Origin: an uncultured Phycisphaerales bacterium
GTDB taxonomy: Bacteria > Planctomycetota > Phycisphaerae > Sedimentisphaerales > Anaerobacaceae
Assembly (NCBI GenBank): GCA_963718665.1
Contig: OY970359.1
Span: 64,001 to 128,000, forward strand
Length of the DNA stretch: 64,000 bases
Direction of reading: 5' to 3'
Both the position numbers and the translations under genes were made by a program. Below, piece by piece: positions 50,933 through 58,723 of this stretch. Position 1 is the stretch's first letter, and the number at the start of each line of letters is the position of its first letter. Below the pieces are notes generated by a model, which had not been told where the DNA came from, did no database searches, and saw only the letters and a program-made list of their open reading frames with translations.

Positions 50933-53900
50933 TTACCATCTCCTGTCCTGCATCTCTTCTATCACCTTCTGCAGCTCCACCTTCTCTCGTTCATACAATT
51001 CAACTACGTCCTTCTTGTTCTGCTCTACCGCCTGTGGCTCAAGACGACTTACCCCGATTAGTACTCCGACCGCCCTGAAATAAAAACCGCTGTGCTTATA
51101 ATACTCCTTCTTGTTCGCCTCGAAATCGTCCACCACCTTCTGCCAGAATCCATCTATCGACTGCCTCAGCTGCGGATAACGCTCGTAATATATCTGTATC
51201 AGTTGCAACGGCGTCCGCGTCGGGTCCGCCTCGTATGCCTTTATCGCGTGCTCCAAACCCCTCGTCAGTCGTTCCGGCGTATTTTCGAACAACAGTGAAT
51301 TGTGCGCTATCATAATGTCACGATAGACCTCGTTAGGATATATCGCGTTCCCGTCTTCGATGCCGTCGAATAACTGCTTTCCCCGCGGCGTCGATATATC
51401 AACGAACAGCTTTTCCTTGTCGCTCAGAAATATCAGCCGCCAGCTCTGCGCATACTCAAGACCCTTCACAAACGGCGTCTCGAACTGGTTCGTGGGCATC
51501 AATACCACCCATACCTTATATTCCTTCAGTCGTTTGTCTAACCACGCCCCCGTCTGTACATAATCATCAGGCGTAAGATTCTGGTTTCTCCTCATCGCCT
51601 TAATCGGCGTCGGCCCGCCCGACATTATCTCCGACCACTTCCCGTATGCCTCGTAGTCGTATGCCGCCTGCGCCCTGCCGTCCATAAACAACTGTAATGG
51701 CGTATGACCGTCCGCGTCAGGCCTCTGTCCCCACGCGACAAAGCCCCCCTCCGTCCAGTAGTTGAACATATTCCCCCGCATCTTGTTCGCCGTTATGAAT
51801 TCGCATGCGTCAAATGGCTTCGCCGCCGAAGCCGTCATTCGCATAAACATAGAATCAAACTTCGCATCCGTAGCCCATGGGTCTATGTATATCTTCTTGA
51901 ATTTAATACCCCAATGCGTCCCAAGCACGCCGACTAATATCACCGCCGCGGTTGTCAACAATATCTGAACGCCAAAAGGCATCCGTGGAAATGAAGCACG
52001 ACCATACTTCCGGAAATTCCTCGCCGCCGCTGCCGTCTGGATTATCTGGTCTGCCAGCAACGCTATCAGCGGACAAACCGCTATTCCCGCTATAGGTATA
52101 AATCGCCGCGACCGATACGCCATATACGCCGTCAACGCCGCAATTACTAACAGGGCAAGGTCTATCTTCGGACGACGATACGGCAACTCATCCCCAACGG
52201 CTTCTGCTTTCCCTCCTGTTATCTCCGTCATCAATGCCTTCACGTATGGCGCTACAAACCACGCCGCTATACATAAAATGTTTACTGCGTAAATCACCTG
52301 GAAATAATAGGGGTATTTTATTTCTAAGTTGGCCTCGAACAATGGCGCCCATGTCCGCTTCAAATCCCAAAACTGCCCTAAATGCCATAATGGCTCAGTA
52401 AACTTGAACGGATTTATCAGTGCCGCAGAAATCAATACCGTCGCTATCGACGCCGCCAGAACGTAAACTATATTAAGCGATGAATACCTCGGCTTCTTCG
52501 AAAGCCGCGACGCTATCGCAAACAACCCGCAATAAAACGGCGTCGTTACAAACGGAAATATGTATCTCCCCGCGTACCCCGGCTCATTGTTCGTCGCGTA
52601 TAACACGAAAAGCCCGAATGGCAATATCAAATATATCGTGTGAATATTTACAAATACTGCCAGCCACAATATCCCCACAAACAAACCGTTTATCAGAAAA
52701 CTCGCAATCATACTTCCCGCTATACTTGGATCCTGGGGCGTATTTTTTGCGATGTCAGTCATTGAGCACGAAATCATTATTGCCCAGATTACCAGCGCTG
52801 CCCCTGCAAAACCCACCGTATATGCCAGCGTGTTCGATTGCTTTAGCTGATATCCCGCCTGCGATTTCATCACCTTTACCTGTACCTGTTTCGGCACCAA
52901 AAATCGAATTATCGACCATATCACCACCAGCCCTATTCCCGTCACCGTCATCACCAAAAACGGAAACGCCGTCCCAACAGGGTTATCCCACCGAAACGCC
53001 GGCCACCACTCATGAACATTTCTCCAACCTTCGGCGTTTTCGGAAATGCTTATCATGAAGGTGTGGGTGATATTGGTGAGGTGGAAAGGATTGAAAATGA
53101 TGGAGGCGAGAAAAGCAAGAAAGCCGACAGCAATAGTGTGCCAAAGGGCAGGTAAAGTAGTTCCGGGTAAGGGGGCAATTGCGTGATTGGCAGGAGCAAG
53201 TTCGAGCTTGACGGCGAGCTTTCGCCAAAGCAAGCCCAATACGTGGATTCCAACAACAGGTGTAAGCATAATAAAGACGTAAATGTAGCCGCCGTGGACG
53301 TTTGCCCAGAATACCGTGACGGGAAGCAAAAACCAAATGTAACGGTAATTACGATAAGTTGAGAGGGCCATGATGAGCAAAAACACCGCGACCAACAGGT
53401 TGGAGAAGCCGGCAGGCCTGATATCGAGGAATGACCGGCCTATGAACATAGCGGCACAGGCGGCTGCGGCAGACAAGGCAGGATGAACACCCATAACCCT
53501 GCCCGTATAGTAAACGCAAATCACAGTAAGTATGTATATTGCAAACTTCCAGTACACAAGCGTATTGAACGACAGCTTCGGACCATCGGCGAAAGGCGAC
53601 TTATACGCCAGCCAGTGGAAAATAACGTGTGTGAGCCAGTTCTGATCTATCCAGCCGGTGGGATGCCAGTATTTGAGGGTATTGATGCTGACCTTATCGG
53701 CAATGGTCTGCGCCCAGTCGGGCCAAGTGGCAATCTCTTCGGTTGTGGGGCCCTGCCTGTGCGAATTGGCGCTGAAGGGTTCATTGGTATCGACGCCGTG
53801 GTTGTAAAAATGCCTGCCGCAGGCAAGCGCGACCCACGTATCGCCCGCGCCGACCATACGCGTGCAGGCGTGAAGGGCGAAAATGAGCATAGCAATAAGG

Positions 53901-53983
53901 CCGATGATCCCTGCCGTTTTACTTCGCAAAAGCGAAGCTGCGGGGGCCTGCATCTGTTTATTTTGCTGCATCAAATCCGGCAT
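50933..53983 (-). CDS. Large polytopic membrane protein, possibly a GT-C-fold glycosyltransferase
   Basis: GDTWVALACGR..EPFS..WIDQNWL..RPAGFS..WANVHGGY..EWWP..RRF..FMDGRA; many TMs and a soluble C-terminal domain. Function is inferred. Confidence 0.75.
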   Translation of the reverse strand: MPDLMQQNKQMQAPAASLLRSKTAGIIGLIAMLIFALHACTRMVGAGDTWVALACGRHFYNHGVDTNEPFSANSHRQGPTTEEIATWPDWAQTIADKVSINTLKYWHPTGWIDQNWLTHVIFHWLAYKSPFADGPKLSFNTLVYWKFAIYILTVICVYYTGRVMGVHPALSAAAACAAMFIGRSFLDIRPAGFSNLLVAVFLLIMALSTYRNYRYIWFLLPVTVFWANVHGGYIYVFIMLTPVVGIHVLGLLWRKLAVKLELAPANHAIAPLPGTTLPALWHTIAVGFLAFLASIIFNPFHLTNITHTFMISISENAEGWRNVHEWWPAFRWDNPVGTAFPFLVMTVTGIGLVVIWSIIRFLVPKQVQVKVMKSQAGYQLKQSNTLAYTVGFAGAALVIWAIMISCSMTDIAKNTPQDPSIAGSMIASFLINGLFVGILWLAVFVNIHTIYLILPFGLFVLYATNNEPGYAGRYIFPFVTTPFYCGLFAIASRLSKKPRYSSLNIVYVLAASIATVLISAALINPFKFTEPLWHLGQFWDLKRTWAPLFEANLEIKYPYYFQVIYAVNILCIAAWFVAPYVKALMTEITGGKAEAVGDELPYRRPKIDLALLVIAALTAYMAYRSRRFIPIAGIAVCPLIALLADQIIQTAAAARNFRKYGRASFPRMPFGVQILLTTAAVILVGVLGTHWGIKFKKIYIDPWATDAKFDSMFMRMTASAAKPFDACEFITANKMRGNMFNYWTEGGFVAWGQRPDADGHTPLQLFMDGRAQAAYDYEAYGKWSEIMSGGPTPIKAMRRNQNLTPDDYVQTGAWLDKRLKEYKVWVVLMPTNQFETPFVKGLEYAQSWRLIFLSDKEKLFVDISTPRGKQLFDGIEDGNAIYPNEVYRDIMIAHNSLLFENTPERLTRGLEHAIKAYEADPTRTPLQLIQIYYERYPQLRQSIDGFWQKVVDDFEANKKEYYKHSGFYFRAVGVLIGVSRLEPQAVEQNKKDVVELYEREKVELQKVIEEMQDRRW

Positions 53984-54156
53984 AAACTCCTTTCACCTTT
54001 AACCACTACTGAACTATTTACATAAACCATTACCCGCACAGGCGTTACCATACTCCAGCCCGCCACAGAACACAGCGGGTAAACTTCTCACCCTCCTGCA
54101 TACACCGCCAGCGCAGGGGTATAATAAGGCCTTAACTATATATCGTCAAGAAGGGC

Positions 54157-54183
54157 GTAAGTTCGTAAATGACAACGGCATAT
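54157..54183. other. 27-bp dif-like imperfect palindrome
   Basis: GTAAGT-N15-GCATAT; its reverse complement shares CGTTGTCA and CTTAC in register with 58697-58723. Confidence 0.45.
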
Positions 54184-54500
54184 TGATTATTGTTCGTGGT
54201 TCGTTGTTCATAGCAGTTAGTCGATAGTCGATAGTATTTAGTATATCGTAATTTGGATGCCGCATACGGCGGACAAGCATCGATACTCATCTTGGTAAAA
54301 ACTGTACTCCATAAGACAAGTCACGGGTCTTCACCCCCACTGTTTCGCAAAGCGAAACAAATCGTGGGGGCTTCGCTACATATATAGAGACGGAAAAGGG
54401 TCATTTTGCGACAAAAAAACAAAAAAGGTTTTACCGCAGAGAACGCGGAGAACGCAGAGTTTTTTTTAACCACGGATTGGCACGGATGGACACGGATTTA

Positions 54501-54618
54501 GTCAGCCGGGGAGGCGTACTCGCAGCGGTCATTTCTCGATACTCGTATCTGTGAATGCCCGCTACTCGTCCGCCGGACGACTTTGTCGCTCACCGCCAAG
54601 GGCGGAGTGTCGGCTGAC
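54501..54618. repeat. Multi-stem structured element, copy B
   Basis: GTCAGCC...GGCTGAC; 118 nt like copy A, with a different arm sequence but the same pairing. Confidence 0.8.
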
Positions 54619-54864
54619 TGTAAAATAACACAGATTCCATTTCTGATTTGGGACGCGGAGTATTAAAAAACTTGCTTTTATTGCCGGTTTGAAGATTTGT
54701 TTTACCGCGTGGCTTGGCCATCCCTTACGGGAGATAACCCTACTTCGCCCGTTGGGCTACGCAGGGCAGGCCACGGAGACCGCAGAGAGTTTTTTTAGCC
54801 ACAGAGGGCACAGAGCACACAGAGTTTTTTTTAGACACGGATTAACACAGATTTACACTGTTTG

Positions 54865-54979
54865 GTCAGCCAAGGGGCGTACTCGATAAGGTCTGTGCTC
54901 TAAACGTGGTTTGTGCGCAAGACCTTTATCTCGTCCGCCGCCCCTTAGGGGCATCGCCAGAGGCGATTTGCCGGCTGAC
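54865..54979. repeat. Multi-stem structured element, copy C
   Basis: Long arm nearly identical to copy A; the two short hairpins are replaced by other paired sequences. Confidence 0.8.
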
Positions 54980-55306
54980 AACTTTCCATATCGCCCTTTT
55001 ATAAAGCTGACTGTATTGTTTCAGGTTTCGCCGCCGAACCATAACAAAGAAAAGTCCCCGGTTTTTATTTGACCAAAATAGGACTTGGGGATAGGATGGC
55101 ATAATTATCGAGGATTTTTTGAGGATTACAGATATGCGGTATATTTATGTGATTTTGACGGTCCTGATACTCTCGTCGGTATGCAATGCAGAATCATCGC
55201 CGAATGTCCAACCAGCGGCAATATTGCCGGCCAATCGGTAATATTTGACCCTATTAAGATAGACCGAACTATCGAATAATATACGGAAACCATAATCATA
55301 GAGGAT

Positions 55307-56635
55307 ATGACAAAGATGACAATGGGTTATAAAATATTCCTCAACTGTACACGCAATGACATTTTAACTTTGCCACCTGCGGCTCAGAAGACCGCGGCAC
55401 TGAAAGAAGTGAAAATGTTTGTTGTACCGAAGGCACTAAGACGGGGTATACTCGACATCGACAAAATTATACCAGACGCACTAGTGAGCGAGGAAATGGC
55501 GGAAAGGTATCGTGAGATCACTCCGCCGGTGTATTCTCTCATTATTCCCGATTACCAGTCAATCGCCGATGAGGTTGAACAATCATATGTTATTGGGAAT
55601 GATTTCTCTGCTATTTCGGCATCGTGTGTAGTAATTGAGAGACTTCTGAACAAAGCTCGTATTGATTTGCACAAGCACCATAAAGAAAAGATCAGTGCAC
55701 TATGGAATAGAGGACCAAAAGATGACTGGCCTCCGAACATTAAAGCTCTGAAGAAGTGGGGTTATCTTGATGATGCTTTTGCGTCCGAGTTAACTTATAT
55801 ATACAAAGAGATAAGGTGCAGGTATCTTCACTCCCGCGAGATTAAAGACATGCGCCAAGATGCTAAAAGGGCTATCACGGCGGTATATAAACTTATGAAA
55901 ATATTCATTGGCTTTCCAGAAGATTTATTCGATGGCATTACGTGTAAGGACGAAGCCGACCCAAGGTATCTGGCTTTCTATAAACCATATTTACAGGACA
56001 TAGAATTAACTGAGGTCAGCGAACAATATGCAGAAAGTGATAAAATTCATCCAAGGAATTATTCGGTATTTAACAACTGGGGTTGTGCTCTTTTCCTTTT
56101 AGCAAAACTTAGAAAAGATGATGAACTTTTTAAGCAGGCGTGTCAGAAATTTGAGCAGGCCGTCCAATTTGTCAATATTGAATCGGAGAAATTCCCGATA
56201 TATTACAATTGGGGGGTTACTCTTGCCGAGTGGGCAAAACTTAAAGGCGATGAGGAGCGTTTTGAGCAAGCGAACAAGAAATTCGAGCAGGCAATAAGAA
56301 TTAATCCAACCAGACCCGATGCATACGATAATTGGGCTGGTATCTTCATTCATTGGTCAAAACTCAAGCGTGGAACACCTGAATTTGAGACTCTGCTAAA
56401 GCAGGCAGAGGAAAAAGCCCTTCAGGCGGAATCTTTGCGAAAGGGTTCTTCTGCTTATAGACTTGCCAAAATATACGCCATAAGAACTGATAAAGAACAA
56501 TGCAAGAAATGGCTTTTGGCCGGTCAGGAGGCCGGAACATTACTCACAAGGGACGAAGCTATGAAGGACAGCGACCTTGACAGTGTGAGGGGTGAGCAGT
56601 GGTTCAAGGAGATAAAATGGAAAGGGGAGAAGTAA
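55307..56635 (+). CDS. HEPN-like domain plus TPR repeat protein
   Basis: SY..G...AI..S...IE helix and RCRYLH (Rx4H); three NWG-type TPRs; C-terminal capping region ..DSDLDSVR..WF. Confidence 0.72.
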   Translation: MTKMTMGYKIFLNCTRNDILTLPPAAQKTAALKEVKMFVVPKALRRGILDIDKIIPDALVSEEMAERYREITPPVYSLIIPDYQSIADEVEQSYVIGNDFSAISASCVVIERLLNKARIDLHKHHKEKISALWNRGPKDDWPPNIKALKKWGYLDDAFASELTYIYKEIRCRYLHSREIKDMRQDAKRAITAVYKLMKIFIGFPEDLFDGITCKDEADPRYLAFYKPYLQDIELTEVSEQYAESDKIHPRNYSVFNNWGCALFLLAKLRKDDELFKQACQKFEQAVQFVNIESEKFPIYYNWGVTLAEWAKLKGDEERFEQANKKFEQAIRINPTRPDAYDNWAGIFIHWSKLKRGTPEFETLLKQAEEKALQAESLRKGSSAYRLAKIYAIRTDKEQCKKWLLAGQEAGTLLTRDEAMKDSDLDSVRGEQWFKEIKWKGEK

Positions 56636-56639
56636 ATTT

Positions 56640-56675
56640 AGTTTCCGAAGCGGGCTCGTCGCTTCGCTCCGTGTT
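56640..56675 (+). repeat. 36-bp post-stop repeat, copy 3 of 3
   Basis: Identical sequence 4 nt after the 56635 stop, followed by TGTTTAG-like heptamers. Confidence 0.9.
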
Positions 56676-56978
56676 TAGTGCTTAGTGTTTAGTTTTTAGT
56701 TTAAAAATTGCCGATTGCCGGTTGGCGATTTAGGAATAAGAATGGATCCCCGGCAGAAAACCAAGGGAGCTAACCCCGAGGACAGGCGGGCGGATAAGGA
56801 TGTCTTCACTACGAGAGGGAGAGCCGGGGGAACACAGAATAAATATCCAATATTAAATGTTCAATGATGAAGTAAAACGCGTCTGTGGCGGGTAAACCCG
56901 GCATACAGGAGACCCATATAGCACAGAACAATTGAAGGCGCTATCCACAAATTAATATTTGCCGCCCTACTCTTTATG

Positions 56979-57584
56979 TTATGGGGTCTGATGTTTGCTA
57001 ATCTCGTCCTCGACGGCTGATATAAAGGGATCCGAAAGCAGGTCCTGCGGACTCCAGAGCGGGTAAGTAATTGAATGGATTCCAACGTACTTCGACCGGT
57101 GGTGGACATTACACAGTACCCACAAATTATCCGGGCTATGGTCAACCCATGCACTGATTTCGTCGACAGTCATGTCCCTTTGATACATCGGCTCGTTTGA
57201 GTGCCGCGCAGCCAGATGCGGGCGAATTGCCTTGTTGAATTTGACCGGATCGACAGCATTAGCCAAGGCCCACTCGATGATATGGTGATGGGTTTCAATT
57301 TGCTTGGCACCATATCGGTTCTCCGCATTATTTTTGAGCGTTGAGTTTTTTACGCCGCATACCAAACACGGAAGGTCCTTATTGACCACCAAATCATGAT
57401 GGACTTTGGCGTAATCAGGCGACTCCTTCCTAACGTCGTGTTCCGGGTAAAAGTCGGCTTCTTCTAACCGTCTGAATGTTCCATGAATTGCTACTGACCC
57501 GGCACTGCTCCGTATGTCGCTCTGCGCGGCAATATGTTTCCCGGGCACAACATACTCGTTGACTCCTGTGGTTTTGTGTGGCAT
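56979..57584 (-). CDS. Divergent HNH-like zinc-binding protein
   Basis: PCLVCG...ETHHHIIEW...NLWVLCNVHHR...GIH; AGGAG upstream. Confidence 0.65.
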   Translation of the reverse strand: MPHKTTGVNEYVVPGKHIAAQSDIRSSAGSVAIHGTFRRLEEADFYPEHDVRKESPDYAKVHHDLVVNKDLPCLVCGVKNSTLKNNAENRYGAKQIETHHHIIEWALANAVDPVKFNKAIRPHLAARHSNEPMYQRDMTVDEISAWVDHSPDNLWVLCNVHHRSKYVGIHSITYPLWSPQDLLSDPFISAVEDEISKHQTP

Positions 57585-57866
57585 TTTAAATCTCCTTAAA
57601 ATATTTTATCTGGACTTTTTTAGTAAATGGAGCTCAGTAATACGCGACGATATATCGTTATAAACCGCTATAATTAAAGGCGTTCTCACCCCCAAAATGT
57701 TGACGATGAAAAAAACCTTATAATTGTCAGGCAACGACAGCGGATTGGCTCTTCGACAAACTCCCCGTCAGAACTGTGAGCTAATCAGCAATGAACAACT
57801 CCCAAGTTGGCCCACCACATAGACGGCGGGTAAACCTGGGGGCTAACCATTCATAGCGTACAGCGT

Positions 57867-58469
57867 TCAGCGTTTAGCGGACAGACAATTTTCCTCCGGA
57901 AAATTCAATCGAGATAATCCACCAAAAAACTTGATAGCAGCACGGTCATAAGCACGAGCGGCGGGGATTTCATCATCGAAGCGACCGAGCCAGATTTTTT
58001 TGCCGTTATATCTGATGTGGACAGACCATTTACTGCGCTGTTTGTCGAAATGGACGCCGATGTAACGAGAAGAGGTGTTTTTGCGTTTTCGTCTGTTACG
58101 CATATTGACGGCCTGAGTTACGACGCGGAGGTTGGCGCGGCGGTTATCGAGTGAATCGCAATTCCAATGGTCAACGACGAGGCCTGCGGGCGGGGATATA
58201 AGCTGACGGTGCAGGTAAATTATTTTCGAGCGCAGGTCGTTAGTTAATTCGCTGCGGGCGGCGTAAAGGTTTGAGCCGTTGCCGTGGACGAACCATTTGA
58301 AGTGCCTGATTCGGTAGTAATCAAGCGGCTCAACGATAGTGAAGCGGCCCTGGCCTAAATCGATTCTGCGATAGGTATAGCCGAATTTGAGCAGGCGGTA
58401 GGTGAGCAACGGACAGGTGAAAATAAAATCCAGCCAGACAGGTATCGTTATTGTCAGTTGAGCAGACAT
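57867..58469 (-). CDS. HNH endonuclease with C-terminal AP2 domain
   Basis: LHRQL...VVDHWNCDSLDNRRANLR...N; SRYIGV...W...I...LGRF..E..AARAYDRAA...LNFP. Start at MSAQL after GGAGG. Confidence 0.92.
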   Translation of the reverse strand: MSAQLTITIPVWLDFIFTCPLLTYRLLKFGYTYRRIDLGQGRFTIVEPLDYYRIRHFKWFVHGNGSNLYAARSELTNDLRSKIIYLHRQLISPPAGLVVDHWNCDSLDNRRANLRVVTQAVNMRNRRKRKNTSSRYIGVHFDKQRSKWSVHIRYNGKKIWLGRFDDEIPAARAYDRAAIKFFGGLSRLNFPEENCLSAKR

Positions 58470-58696
58470 CGTTATTCCTCCATTCAAAGAAATCCCAAAT
58501 TTCAAATTCAAAATTTCAGACAAACAACAAAACACAAACGAAAATTGTTTTGATTTATCTTGCGCACAAGGCGCGAAATCTGGGATTTCTATCCCTGCCC
58601 CCCTGCCAGCATCTGCCAGCGAGTTAGAATTTTACAAAATAACGCTTGTAAGTTAAGGGAAATATAACTTTTTGGTAAAAAATTGATTTTTGCGGC

Positions 58697-58723
58697 GTAA
58701 GTCGTTGTCAATAGGTGGCTTAC
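58697..58723. other. 27-bp dif-like imperfect palindrome overlapping the S8 peptidase stop codon
   Basis: GTAAGT-CGTTGTCAATAGGTG-GCTTAC. Confidence 0.5.

Noticed and set aside
50505..54979. Structured element as attC sites
   Set aside because: The ends are GTCAGCC...GGCTGAC, the reverse order of RYYYAAC...GTTRRRY, and the fold is multi-branched.
55085..55279. 64-aa ORF upstream of HEPN-TPR as an antitoxin
   Set aside because: TTG start inside promoter-like sequence and no recognisable motif; cannot be supported.
38457..56675. 36-bp identical repeats as CRISPR repeats
   Set aside because: The copies are kilobases apart with no repeat-spacer array and no cas genes.
56979..58469. Prophage or group I intron around the HNH genes
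   Set aside because: No phage structural or replication genes, no interrupted host gene, and no recognisable intron core.
58648..58674. GTAAGTTA...TAACTT as another 27-bp dif-like site
   Set aside because: The arm spacing is shorter than in the other three sites.
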